Notes: a model not told the origin generated them from the letters alone. DNA of 64,000 nt from an uncultured Candidatus Saccharibacteria bacterium (GCA_964436165.1 CAYTBY010000001.1:73452-137451), one strand, 5' to 3'; counted from the first letter of the stretch, positions 19,843 to 29,872 are shown. Translations and numbers: made by a program.

Positions 19843-20463
19843 GTGAAGAAGATCATAGTGTGTCTCGTTGCGGCGGTCGGAATTCTTTTGGCGGATCAGG
19901 CGCCGGCTCAAGTTCTGGCTACCGCCGAAACCGGCGGTAAAGGCAATCACGCAGTATTAGTTTCTGCTAACGGTCTTTACCCTGAAGGCCTCACTCTTTT
20001 CAACGCCTATGGGCAATATGTTTACGGACTGACTGACTATATTGATGTGACAGTAGCCTACGGCAATATTTCTGCTTTAGGTGAAAGTCAAAATTATGTT
20101 GGCCTTGGATGGAATGCTGTTCTTCTTCGGAGAAGCCAGGCTTTCGTTGATGTTTCTTTTTTCAATGTTATTACTCTGCCCTTGAGCAACAGGAGCCAAG
20201 CCTCAACAGTTGTAATGACGCCTGCGGTTGTTGTAAGCAGGCCGATGACTGTGGCCGGAAAGTCCATAACCATCTATAGCGGATTGAACTCTCTGGTTCC
20301 AATCGGAGCTACACAAAATAAATTATTTACGCCGCCCGAAACCCTTTTTAATGTTCCCATCGGCATTTCGATGCCTTTAAGTAAGAAATGGATAGTTTGT
20401 GCTGAAGTTGATCCGGGTACTAACTTGAAAACATTAGGCCTTGGTGTTGTAAGGACCTTCTAA
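19843..20463 (+). CDS. Secreted beta-strand-rich hypothetical protein
   Basis: Signal peptide, alternating hydrophobic strands, C-terminal Phe; AAGGAG SD. Confidence 0.75.
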   Translation: MKKIIVCLVAAVGILLADQAPAQVLATAETGGKGNHAVLVSANGLYPEGLTLFNAYGQYVYGLTDYIDVTVAYGNISALGESQNYVGLGWNAVLLRRSQAFVDVSFFNVITLPLSNRSQASTVVMTPAVVVSRPMTVAGKSITIYSGLNSLVPIGATQNKLFTPPETLFNVPIGISMPLSKKWIVCAEVDPGTNLKTLGLGVVRTF

Positions 20464-20467
20464 CCAA

Positions 20468-20493
20468 AATCCCGACAAGTTGTCGGGTTTTTT
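20468..20493 (+). terminator. Intrinsic terminator
   Basis: cccgacaa-g-ttgtcggg followed by a T tract. Confidence 0.75.
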
Positions 20494-20512
20494 ATTCCTA
20501 GAATTGTTGGTG

Positions 20513-20541
20513 TTGACACCGTCCTAACCATATGCTATCAT
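20513..20541 (+). promoter_or_regulatory. Sigma70 promoter of the five-gene operon
   Basis: TTGACA-17 bp-TATCAT with extended TG. Confidence 0.7.
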
Positions 20542-20597
20542 TCTAACCGCGTTAAGGTCCTTTGAAAATTCAACAGGAACCTGGGAGGGCACAAGAG

Positions 20598-21284
20598 ATG
20601 GGATTGGTGGCATCTTTGCGTAGAAATTTTATGAAAGATGAAGATAAGAATCCGTCTGCGGTGACGGTAAATTCCGGTTTAGCCGGACTTCAGGCACCGT
20701 TAGCGGGTGTTACCCCTAGATCAATATTCTCGCCATTGTCTTCACCGGCAACTCAATATCAGTCCACCGTAAATACGGCCGAGGTTGATCCTCAACTTCA
20801 TGATGCATTGCTTTCAGCGATGAATAAAGTACCGGCCCCCGGACTTCAGGAGTTGTTACTTGTCATGGATGGGCTTGCAAATAGTCTTCCTCAAAATCAA
20901 CTTTGTCAAGTTGCTCTGAATGTTGTTGCGAAAAAGAACATTACATTAGCTCAAATTCAGGATGAATTATCTAAACGTCTGGCAGCACTCGATAAAGAAA
21001 ATGATGATTTTGTTGGAGCAGCTGAACGTCAATATAGTGTTGACATCGGTTCCAAAGAATCAGCCATTGCTTCAGATGATCAGCAGATAGCAGGCCTAAA
21101 TCAACAGATCATAAGTTTACAGGAAAAGATAAGAAATTTGGAAGGGCACAAAGCCAAGCTGCAAGAAGAAAATTCTGCTAGGAAGCAGGTAATTGACAAG
21201 AAAAAGGGCGGACTTGCCGCAGCCCATGCAAAGTTAAGGCAAGACGCGGCTTCGTTGCAAAACAGAATCTCTGGCGGAAGCTAG
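20598..21284 (+). CDS. Coiled-coil hypothetical protein
   Basis: Long C-terminal heptad repeats; GGGAGG SD before ATG 20598. Confidence 0.8.
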   Translation: MGLVASLRRNFMKDEDKNPSAVTVNSGLAGLQAPLAGVTPRSIFSPLSSPATQYQSTVNTAEVDPQLHDALLSAMNKVPAPGLQELLLVMDGLANSLPQNQLCQVALNVVAKKNITLAQIQDELSKRLAALDKENDDFVGAAERQYSVDIGSKESAIASDDQQIAGLNQQIISLQEKIRNLEGHKAKLQEENSARKQVIDKKKGGLAAAHAKLRQDAASLQNRISGGS

Positions 21285-21300
21285 AGGAAAGGAGAGACAG

Positions 21301-22356
21301 ATGGAAACAGGAACGTCGAACCCGTCCTCTCTGTCCGACTTCGTCGGCGGAAAGGTAAAAGGATTTTGGGAGCGAAAAGAAGGAACTACCGGAATGGCAG
21401 TTGTCGCTCTCGCTGCCGTTGCAATTTTTGTGGGTTGGGGAGTGATCGTGCCATTCATTGTAGCGACTCTGCTCAATACTATTTATGCCGGGATTCTCAT
21501 CGTGGCGCTTGCTTTCATGTTAGCTACCCGTGGAGTATGGGTATCCATGTTCCAGAGTGCTTGTCGGGGTTTGACCCGCCTTTGGGCGAATATCGACCCG
21601 ATTGGTATCATGGAAGAAGATTTACGGCAGGATAAAAAAGAGCTTCTTGCTTTGGATAAGAATATGGACGAGCTTTCCGGTCAGGTTGAAGGTCTTCAAA
21701 AAGATGAAGAAAGTACAAAAGATAGTATTAATCAGGCTATGCGAGCTACTAAACAGGCAAGAGACAAGATTCAATCAGGAAAATTATCTTCTGCTGATCA
21801 GGAGGCGATGAATCGTCAGTTAATGCTTAATGGCAATGATGCCACTCGTAAGCAGGATTATCTCAAGTCTTTACTAAATCTCATGTCCACCCTGAAAGAT
21901 ATTTATAAGATGGCAGAGAAATGGCGTGGTCATCTTGATTATTTAATTCAGGATCGCGAAAATTTCATCACCATTTCAAAGAAAAAGCGTAGGATGTCAA
22001 TTACTGGCAATAACATCGTGAACAGGATGAAGGGTATTCTCCATGTCGATCCCGATCGGGTATATATGCTGAATGCAGCCATTGAAGCGCAAGCAGCACA
22101 ATACAATCAGCGTGTAGGTACGATCAAGAATTTTGTACGCACTTATCGAGACACTTTAGTTAAAGGTGACTTACAGAATGAAATGCATGCTCAGCAGGCG
22201 TTGCGCCAACTTGAAGAGTGGGAACGTCAACAGGGTGAGGCTGCTATTCAGCAGATCGAATCGAGAGATTTGAGTATGGCTGAGGTACATCCTCTTGCTG
22301 TATCGGCATCGGAAGTGAAAGCTTCCACTACGGAGCGGGCGAAGTATTTTCAATGA
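21301..22356 (+). CDS. Membrane-anchored coiled-coil protein (PspA-like architecture)
   Basis: Two N-terminal TM helices, IDPIGIM, ~230-aa helical coiled coil. Confidence 0.75.
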   Translation: METGTSNPSSLSDFVGGKVKGFWERKEGTTGMAVVALAAVAIFVGWGVIVPFIVATLLNTIYAGILIVALAFMLATRGVWVSMFQSACRGLTRLWANIDPIGIMEEDLRQDKKELLALDKNMDELSGQVEGLQKDEESTKDSINQAMRATKQARDKIQSGKLSSADQEAMNRQLMLNGNDATRKQDYLKSLLNLMSTLKDIYKMAEKWRGHLDYLIQDRENFITISKKKRRMSITGNNIVNRMKGILHVDPDRVYMLNAAIEAQAAQYNQRVGTIKNFVRTYRDTLVKGDLQNEMHAQQALRQLEEWERQQGEAAIQQIESRDLSMAEVHPLAVSASEVKASTTERAKYFQ

Positions 22357-22454
22357 GTCTTGGCGGCGGGCAGTAGTGTTTAGGGACAGAATCCTCTGTC
22401 CCTAAACATCGGAAACACGGCGGCGGAGAAAGAGAAAGAAAAAGGAGAAGGGCC

Positions 22455-24029
22455 ATGATCGACTGGACCAAACCAATTCCGAAATTCGGGCGCATCCTCG
22501 TAGCGGTGCTCGTTCTCGTTATGGGCGGGCGCTATCTGTTGAGCAAGACTGGTGTCACAACCAGTTCTGGCTCAACGTCAGCTATTCCGGCGGCACCGTC
22601 ATCAGGTGGTGCGTTGTCGGGCCTGACAAATCTGTTCAGCGGCAACAAGCCGTTGACGGTCTGCACCAATACCTGGGGCGGATATGCTGCGATGTACTAC
22701 TACAACGGCGGTAACACACCGTCCAAGGACTCCCGTTTCTATAAGGAGCAGGGCGTCCAGGTCGGTTTCGTGAATATCGATCCGCTTGGAGAATCGCGCG
22801 ATGCATGGAAATCTGACAGTTGTCAGGTTCTGTGGGTCACGGTTGACAGTTTTCCAACGGAATCGGCGGACTTGGCAGGGCTGAAGCCGAAGGTTTTCGT
22901 TCAGTATGACTGGTCGCGAGGCGGCGACGTTGTTATCGGCAGCGCCTCAGTTCGTTCGGTTCGGGACTTGCGCGGGAAGAAAGTCGCAGCAGCGACTGGC
23001 TCGCCTTCAATGACCCTTCTGGCCAAGCTCTTGGAAGCCGGTAGTCTTCGATATAGCGATATCGAGTTCATCGGTACTGATTCAGCTCCGCAAGCTGCGG
23101 AATTATTTAGGGCCGGGAAGGTTGATGTGGCCGTTGTCTGGTCGCCTGACGATCAGGATGCCCTAAAGGCAGTGTCCGGTTCTCGGGTATTGATGAGCAC
23201 GAAAGACGTGCCATATGCCATTGCGGACGTTTTGTACGCGAAGGAGTCGGTCATCAACGAACGCAGGGAAGATCTGGTCGGATTTACGGCCGGAGTTCTT
23301 ACGGCGTCGGCTGAACTGAATGCCAGTTCATCGGTTCGCAAACAGGCGGCGGCAGTTCTTGCCAAGGCAATGAAGCAGGACGTCGGATTCATGGAAGGCG
23401 CCGTTGAGAACGTGAGGTTCACGACTTACGGCGACAACCTTTCATTCTTCGAGATGACGGGTACCTCCAGAGGCTCTGTTACGGGCCAGGAGCTCTACAG
23501 TCAGATGGGCGCTACGTTTGCCGAACTTGGGTTAGCTCCCAATTCCTTGCCGAGCTGGCGGTCATTGACCGACACCTCGATCTTGGAAGCGGTGGGTACG
23601 AAGCTCAAGGCGACAGGTGATCAGGCGGCCGAAGGTGCCTTCAAGTTCTCGGCGCCGACTGCCGCAGAAGCGAGTGCGGAAGCATTTGCCACCAAGCACC
23701 TAACCGTTAACTTTGCAACAGATTCAGCCGAGCTTGATCTGGCTGCCAAGAAAACGATCGACAACGCTTTGGCGGGTACGGCTAAGTCATTTGCCAGTGT
23801 TCGGGCCCGTATCGTCGGCAACACCGACAATACCGGGTCGGCTGCCCATAACAGAGAACTGTCTCAACGCCGGGCTAATGCCGTGGCCGAATATCTTGTC
23901 AGAACTTATGGGTTTGACAAGAATCGATTTACGTCGCGGGGCGACGGTCCGGATAATCCGGTTGTGCCGAATACTACGCCTGAGGGAAGAGCCCAGAACC
24001 GCAGAACCGATTTCGAGCTAACCAAGTAA
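22455..24029 (+). CDS. ABC substrate-binding (NMT1/SsuA-like) domain fused to OmpA-like peptidoglycan-binding domain
   Basis: TWGGY, DWSRGGD, DLRGKKVA, VWSPD; C-terminal VNFATDSAEL, GNTDNTG, LSQRRANAV, NRRTDF. Confidence 0.9.
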   Translation: MIDWTKPIPKFGRILVAVLVLVMGGRYLLSKTGVTTSSGSTSAIPAAPSSGGALSGLTNLFSGNKPLTVCTNTWGGYAAMYYYNGGNTPSKDSRFYKEQGVQVGFVNIDPLGESRDAWKSDSCQVLWVTVDSFPTESADLAGLKPKVFVQYDWSRGGDVVIGSASVRSVRDLRGKKVAAATGSPSMTLLAKLLEAGSLRYSDIEFIGTDSAPQAAELFRAGKVDVAVVWSPDDQDALKAVSGSRVLMSTKDVPYAIADVLYAKESVINERREDLVGFTAGVLTASAELNASSSVRKQAAAVLAKAMKQDVGFMEGAVENVRFTTYGDNLSFFEMTGTSRGSVTGQELYSQMGATFAELGLAPNSLPSWRSLTDTSILEAVGTKLKATGDQAAEGAFKFSAPTAAEASAEAFATKHLTVNFATDSAELDLAAKKTIDNALAGTAKSFASVRARIVGNTDNTGSAAHNRELSQRRANAVAEYLVRTYGFDKNRFTSRGDGPDNPVVPNTTPEGRAQNRRTDFELTK

Positions 24030-24111
24030 TGCCAGTAACAGTCGTAAAGATCAAAGGGGTAGGCGCCAACGGCCCTACCCCTCTTTTTGTAAGCACAGAA
24101 AGGAGACAGGT

Positions 24112-24918
24112 GTGGTGAAACAACTGCTGGCGGAATTGTTCGAACTCAGAGGGAATTTATCCGGTCAAAAAAAGATCATCATTGAAGTGGTGGGAGCTAT
24201 ATTCTTATTCTTGCTTTGGAAGGTAGTGGCAGATATGGAATTGATCTCGCCTTACATCTTGCCAAAGCCGCTAAATGTTTTCTCATCTTTTGGGGAATTG
24301 TACCGCAAAGATGATCTGATAAATAATATATTGTTCTCAGTTAAGTTGAACTTAGCCGGATGTTTGGAAGCGATCATCATCTCGTTGCCTATTGGATTCG
24401 TACTGGGGCTTTTCCCGGTATTCAAGGCCTTTAGCCAGAGATATCTGAGCGCAAGCCGATTTTTGCCTCTGCCGGCGGTACTTGGGATCTTTATCGCCGG
24501 ATTTGGCATTTACGTGAACATGAAAGTCCAATTCCTGGCAGTGAGCATTATTGTTTACCTTGTACCGGTTGTAGCTCAACGCGTCTCTGAAACGCCCCAA
24601 GTTTACATCGACACGGTCAAAACGCTCGGGGCTTCAAAATGGCAGACCATCCGCTGGGTTTTTATCCCGGATGTGTTTTCCAGGGTCTGGGCTGATATCG
24701 GAGTTTTGAGCGCCATCTCCTGGACCTACATTACTATTGCTGAAAAAATAAACGATAACGAAGGCGGGATAGGAGCTCTTGCAGAAATTTCCCGCCGACA
24801 GAGCAGAATAGATAAGGTGTATGCTGTTGTCATCCTTATTGCCCTTATCGGATGGTCATTTGATAAGGTCCATGCCTGGACGGACAAACGCATGTTTAAA
24901 TTCAAAAGGAGTGCTTAA
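24112..24918 (+). CDS. ABC permease (NitT/TauT type)
   Basis: ILPKP, KTLGASKWQ EAA-like loop, SWTYITIAE. Confidence 0.92.
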   Translation: MVKQLLAELFELRGNLSGQKKIIIEVVGAIFLFLLWKVVADMELISPYILPKPLNVFSSFGELYRKDDLINNILFSVKLNLAGCLEAIIISLPIGFVLGLFPVFKAFSQRYLSASRFLPLPAVLGIFIAGFGIYVNMKVQFLAVSIIVYLVPVVAQRVSETPQVYIDTVKTLGASKWQTIRWVFIPDVFSRVWADIGVLSAISWTYITIAEKINDNEGGIGALAEISRRQSRIDKVYAVVILIALIGWSFDKVHAWTDKRMFKFKRSA

Positions 24919-24919
24919 G

Positions 24920-25726
24920 ATGGGTGTTATCCAATTTGCCAACACTGAACTGCCAGATATCCTTGAACTGCGTAATGTTACCCAGAGATATGATAACGGG
25001 AATGTGGTCATTGAGAACCTGGATCTTCTTATCGAAGACCAACCCAATGTAGGCCAATTTGAGGTCATTCTGGGAATGTCAGGATGCGGTAAATCAACCC
25101 TTCTTCGGTATTTCGCCGGCCTCCAAAAGCCAACTGCGGGCGAGGTGTTCATTAAAGGACAGCCCCGCAAAGATAACGATGCTATCAGCATGGTCTTTCA
25201 GCAATATTCATCGATGCACTTTCATACGGTAATGACCAACGTTATGCTGCCCCTGATATTCAGGGGGGTAAATAAAAAGGAAGCTCAACAAAGAGCGATG
25301 GAACTTATTAATGTTGTCGGTTTGGGAGGGCATGAGAAAAAATATGCCCAGTATCCGGCTCTTTCCGGAGGTCAACTCCAGAGGGTGGCGATAGCCAGAA
25401 GCTTGATTGCCAACCCCGAGATCGTGCTAATGGATGAACCATTCGGGGCTCTGGATATCCTTACCAGGACCGGAATGCAGTTGATGATAGCAGATTTGTG
25501 GCAACGGCTGCAATCAACCATTATCTTTGTTACCCACGATATTTCCGAAGCCGTTTTTCTTGCTCAGAACATCTACATCATGGGCGGAAAGCCGGCTAAG
25601 CTCATTGAGCGTATCTCGGTTGATATTCCGTTCCCCCGCACGGTAGCAACGAAACGTTCGTCCCAATTCACAAATCTGGTGGGACAAGTAGAAGATTTAG
25701 TTCTTAGAATGAATCAAGCGGTATAA
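24920..25726 (+). CDS. ABC ATP-binding protein (NitT/TauT type)
   Basis: GMSGCGKST, LSGGQLQRVAIAR, MDEPFGALD, VTHDISEA. Confidence 0.95.
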   Translation: MGVIQFANTELPDILELRNVTQRYDNGNVVIENLDLLIEDQPNVGQFEVILGMSGCGKSTLLRYFAGLQKPTAGEVFIKGQPRKDNDAISMVFQQYSSMHFHTVMTNVMLPLIFRGVNKKEAQQRAMELINVVGLGGHEKKYAQYPALSGGQLQRVAIARSLIANPEIVLMDEPFGALDILTRTGMQLMIADLWQRLQSTIIFVTHDISEAVFLAQNIYIMGGKPAKLIERISVDIPFPRTVATKRSSQFTNLVGQVEDLVLRMNQAV

Positions 25727-25738
25727 GCTACAAAACAA

Positions 25739-25764
25739 AAAACCCGATCATCTGATCGGGTTTT
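25739..25764. terminator. Bidirectional terminator
   Basis: aaaacccgatca-tc-tgatcgggtttt between convergent genes. Confidence 0.75.
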
Positions 25765-25777
25765 ATATTGTCTTTAT

Positions 25778-27343
25778 TCAGGTTTTCTGGATCTGTCTTT
25801 GGGTGATATTCGTAAAATCTTCGGCAAAATCTTTCAGGAAGGGCGCCATGTTGGAAGTCTGGTCAAGGAGCAGCTGAGTTTTTAACTTATTTAGGACAGC
25901 GGCCCTGACATCATTTTTTGTAACTCCGGTTTTTGTTTTGTTTTTGCGGTCTCGTTTCATGGCATTGGATACGGCATCATCGGTCGTTCCGGCGATCATC
26001 GCTCCGTTGATAACATGGGACAGGTTGAATGTCAGTTTTTGTTCGTTGGCCCTGGTTACGTCGTATAGAACCCTATCAGCAGAATACATTTCTGAAGCGA
26101 TATGGTCGGCCATCTCATCAATGTTGCCTTCACCCGAAGCTATGGGCGTGTTTTTGAGATGAATTCTGGCAATTGACTTGCCGGCTTCTTGGTCTGGCCG
26201 GCCCACTTCGATGACGTGATTTATTCTTTTATCCCGGGTAACTGCTTCATCCAGTATTTCCGGTTTATTGGTGGCTAAGATTATAATTGAACGGGAACGG
26301 TTCATCTGGGTCAGAAATACTGTGACCAGGGGATCTGTGGCGTCTGAACTCTTGCCCGAGCCTCTTTTTCGGAAAATAGCGTCGGATTCATCAAAGGCAA
26401 TGATGGCCGGAAAGTTATACTTTTCGAAGTGTGATTCCCCGGCAAGGAATACCTGCTCGATAGTGTTTTCGGCAACGCCTACCAGGGGCTCAAGGATCTC
26501 GGCCCCATTGATGAGTAAAAATCCTCCGGCTGCTTTTTCTTGTCCATGTGTCCTGGCCATGGATGTGGCTGCGGCTTCTATAAGCATGGTCTTGCCGCAA
26601 CCCGGCGGGCCTATTAAAAGAAAGCCCTTTGGAACCTTCGCATTGTAATAAGCATGAAGATCTTTTTCGGTGTATGGAAGCTCAAAGGCTTCTCTTAGTT
26701 TCTCTTTAGCTTCTTCCTGGCCGCCGATGTCATCCCAGGTTATTTTAGCTTCCTGGCTGAAAAGGAATCGTTCTTCTGTTTTTCCGAGATTCAAAATAAT
26801 TATGCTGGCAGAGATATCAACGACTACCCTGTCGCCGGCCTCTATTTTACCGGCCATCATTCCGTTAAAGACAACCCGCCTCCCGTTGTTATAATTTATC
26901 TCGCTGGTCATTTCATCAATGACCCGGCGGACGGTTCCGACTTCACCATAAGGATAATTTTGCGCCGTATCGGTTATCTGCATTGTCTGGGATGAAATTT
27001 TAACTGTTGCTCCGGGCAGTATTTCTTTTTCTTTGGGCAAAAATACTTCAAGCAGGCGGCCGCCCTGGAGGATAATGGCAGTCGGGTCTTTCGGGTCGAG
27101 TTTGTTGACGGCGACGACGATCCCGAAAAGGAATGGCGGAGAAGAAAGTTTCCTTGCCTCTTCGACTTGTTTCTTGATGAGAAGTTTAATATTTCGCAGG
27201 TGATCTTTTAGCTCTTTGGGGTCATCGGTCTGGAGCATAGGATCCTCTTCCGGGGTTTTATACTCACCTCTTTTAACGAAATCAACGGCGTCTTTCCACT
27301 GACTCGGCAGAAGATCAGAGTCAAGAGAATCGAATAGGTCCAT
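25778..27343 (-). CDS. AAA+ ATPase, ARC/Mpa (proteasome-associated ATPase)-like
   Basis: Coiled coil + two OB-like segments, WDDIGG, GPPGCGKT, FDESDAIFRKRGSGKSSD, NGAMI. Confidence 0.85.
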   Translation of the reverse strand: MDLFDSLDSDLLPSQWKDAVDFVKRGEYKTPEEDPMLQTDDPKELKDHLRNIKLLIKKQVEEARKLSSPPFLFGIVVAVNKLDPKDPTAIILQGGRLLEVFLPKEKEILPGATVKISSQTMQITDTAQNYPYGEVGTVRRVIDEMTSEINYNNGRRVVFNGMMAGKIEAGDRVVVDISASIIILNLGKTEERFLFSQEAKITWDDIGGQEEAKEKLREAFELPYTEKDLHAYYNAKVPKGFLLIGPPGCGKTMLIEAAATSMARTHGQEKAAGGFLLINGAEILEPLVGVAENTIEQVFLAGESHFEKYNFPAIIAFDESDAIFRKRGSGKSSDATDPLVTVFLTQMNRSRSIIILATNKPEILDEAVTRDKRINHVIEVGRPDQEAGKSIARIHLKNTPIASGEGNIDEMADHIASEMYSADRVLYDVTRANEQKLTFNLSHVINGAMIAGTTDDAVSNAMKRDRKNKTKTGVTKNDVRAAVLNKLKTQLLLDQTSNMAPFLKDFAEDFTNITQRQIQKT

Positions 27344-27506
27344 GTTCCATCTCTCTCTGCAATGTTAAGGTTCTGATAAGTTATGCTAATATAATACATT
27401 TCTTGAATATTGTCAAAGAAATTCTTACCTTGTTTATTTTCTCATGGTGTTTGCTTTTTATTATTCAATATGTTTTAATTCTCAAAGTGATTTTGTTTAA
27501 TCAGCT

Positions 27507-28880
27507 GTGTCTAAGAATACTTACTTCCTAATAGCCATTCTCGTCGGATCTGTTTTTTTGTTTGCCTTTGTTTGGCCGGAGGCGGTCAATAAGGGCATTG
27601 ATTGGACTAACAAGCAATCGGAAAGCGTAGGCGGATTTAAGTTGCCTAAAGTTCCGGAAAAGGATTTCCAGCTGGGCCTCGACCTTCTGGGCGGAGTTCA
27701 TTTATTGTACGAGGCTGATCTGTCGAAAATTGAGGCATCGGGCAGGAATGATGCGATGCAGGGCATCCGGGATGTTATTGAACGGAGGGTTAATTTCTTT
27801 GGCGTTTCTGAACCATTAGTTCAGGTTTCGGGTGATAACCGCCTTATTGTTGAGTTAGCCGGCATAAGCGATGTTAATCAGGCGATTAAGATGATAGGCG
27901 AGACCCCGTTTCTTGAATTTAAAGAAGAGGCGCCGAATGCTCAGGAGCTGGTTGATGAATTTAAGGAAAAGCAATCGGCCGGCCAAACAAGCGAACTTGA
28001 CGGTTTTCTTCTGAATGAGCAACTATATGTTTCAACGGGGTTAAATGGCAAGCATTTAGAGCGGGCTCAGGTAGTCTTCGATCCTCAAACTAGCCAGCCC
28101 CAGGTCAGCTTAAAATTGAACGAAGAAGGGGCTCAACTTTTCGGAGAAATCACCACTCGAAATCTTGGTAAGACGGTGGCTATTTATTTGGACGGTTTAG
28201 CCATAAGTACGCCGGTTGTTCAAAGCGCGATTACTGATGGCAACGCGGTTATTACCGGCAAATTTACGCCTCAAGAATCAAAACTTCTGGCCAATCGGTT
28301 AAATTCCGGAGCTTTGCCGGTGCCTATTAAAATAATATCTCAGCAGACAGTCGGGGCTTCTTTAGGTAGCGAGTCATTGGCTAAAAGTCTAAGGGCCGGG
28401 ATTTACGGACTTATTTTTGTCGGGCTTTTCATGATAGCTTTCTATCGTTTGCCGGGATTATTCTCTGTTCTAGCCCTGTTTGTTTATGTTTTAATTGTTT
28501 TATCTATCTACAAACTACTTCCAGTTACTCTTACTCTGGCCGGTATTGCTGGTTTTATCTTGTCCCTAGGTATCGCCGTGGATGCTAATATTTTAATATT
28601 CGCCAGAATGAAGGAAGAGCTATCGGCTGGAAAAACTCTGGCTTCATCAATGAGGGAAGGATTCTCGCGGGCTTGGCTTTCTATTCGGGACAGCCATGTT
28701 ACCACTCTTCTTGGAGCAGGAGTGCTTTACATCTTTACGACCTCGATTGTAAAAGGTTTTGCTTTGACTCTCAGCATCGGCGTTCTGATCAGTCTGTTCA
28801 CGGCTATTATGGTCACCAGATCCTTCTTATTATTATGTACTAGCACTTGGTTCGAGTCTAAAAAGTGGCTGTTCAGATAA
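27507..28880 (+). CDS. secD: Protein translocase subunit SecD
   Basis: LGLDLLGG, RRVNFFGVSEP, LNSGALPVP, AVDANILIF. Confidence 0.98.
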   Translation: MSKNTYFLIAILVGSVFLFAFVWPEAVNKGIDWTNKQSESVGGFKLPKVPEKDFQLGLDLLGGVHLLYEADLSKIEASGRNDAMQGIRDVIERRVNFFGVSEPLVQVSGDNRLIVELAGISDVNQAIKMIGETPFLEFKEEAPNAQELVDEFKEKQSAGQTSELDGFLLNEQLYVSTGLNGKHLERAQVVFDPQTSQPQVSLKLNEEGAQLFGEITTRNLGKTVAIYLDGLAISTPVVQSAITDGNAVITGKFTPQESKLLANRLNSGALPVPIKIISQQTVGASLGSESLAKSLRAGIYGLIFVGLFMIAFYRLPGLFSVLALFVYVLIVLSIYKLLPVTLTLAGIAGFILSLGIAVDANILIFARMKEELSAGKTLASSMREGFSRAWLSIRDSHVTTLLGAGVLYIFTTSIVKGFALTLSIGVLISLFTAIMVTRSFLLLCTSTWFESKKWLFR

Positions 28881-28882
28881 TT

Positions 28883-29782
28883 ATGTCAAAAATTTACACA
28901 ATTATGTTTTTTGTTTCGATGGGTCTAACTCTAGGAGCAATTGTTTTGTTTTTAATTTTCGGTTTAAACTTTGGAGTTGATTTTCGGGGCGGCAGTATTG
29001 TGGAATTAGAGTTTTCGAATGAGAAACCGCCGGTTGCTGATGTCCAGGCATATTTAGAAAAAGGTTTATCACTCCACGACTTTAGCTTTAACGAAGTCGG
29101 AGAAATGGGATTGGTGATCAGGTCCGGTAATTTATCCGAAGAAGACCATCAGCAGTTACTAAATATTTTGAAAGAAAAATATTCTGACCAGACGATTGAG
29201 GAAAAGCGGTTTGATTCGGTCGGGCCGATTGTTGGCCAAGAACTTAAAGACATGAGCGTCCGGGGTATAATCATAGCCCTCTTGGTTATAATAATGTATA
29301 TCGCTTATGTTTTCAGGAAGATGTCAGTTGTTTTGTCTTCTTGGGCCATGAGCGTTTCGGCCATGGTTGCTCTTGCCCATGATATTATTATTCCGATTGG
29401 AGTTTTTTCTTGGCTGGGCTATTTTTATAATGTTGAAATAAGCGCCGTCTTCGTGGCTGCCTTATTGACAATCTTGGGTTATTCTGTTTCAGATACAGTA
29501 GTCATATTTGACAGGGTTAGGGAAAATGTTATAAGAAATAGATTGAGGGAGGATTTTGGCAAGGTTGTCCACAAGAGTATTTTTCAAACTCTCACCCGAT
29601 CCCTGAATACGACCTTTACTACCCTCCTGTCATTGATTGCTATTTATCTGTTCGGGGGAGAGAGTCTGAGATATTTTGCCCTGGCTTTGATAATCGGTAT
29701 TTTCTTGGGAGCCTATTCTTCGATATTTGTCGCTTCGCCATTGCTGGTTTGGTGGTCGGGATGGACAAAAAAGAATAGGTAG
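28883..29782 (+). CDS. secF: Protein translocase subunit SecF
   Basis: GVDFRGG, VGPIVG, GYSVSDTVVIFDRVRE, YSSIFVA. Confidence 0.98.
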   Translation: MSKIYTIMFFVSMGLTLGAIVLFLIFGLNFGVDFRGGSIVELEFSNEKPPVADVQAYLEKGLSLHDFSFNEVGEMGLVIRSGNLSEEDHQQLLNILKEKYSDQTIEEKRFDSVGPIVGQELKDMSVRGIIIALLVIIMYIAYVFRKMSVVLSSWAMSVSAMVALAHDIIIPIGVFSWLGYFYNVEISAVFVAALLTILGYSVSDTVVIFDRVRENVIRNRLREDFGKVVHKSIFQTLTRSLNTTFTTLLSLIAIYLFGGESLRYFALALIIGIFLGAYSSIFVASPLLVWWSGWTKKNR

Positions 29783-29872
29783 ATTATAATAATTAGGTAT
29801 TATCTAACGGGATTGACTTCTATAACTAATAATGCTATTGTATGTGGAGGTACAATAGACTATCATAGGGTC

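Noticed and set aside
22455-24029. Zorya ZorB / MotB
   Set aside because: The OmpA-like domain is fused to a solute-binding domain, and the partners are ABC components rather than a MotA/ZorA channel.
25938-26894. Plus-strand ORFs antisense to the AAA ATPase (and similar antisense ORFs throughout)
   Set aside because: Shadow ORFs of conserved genes with no motifs or expression signals.
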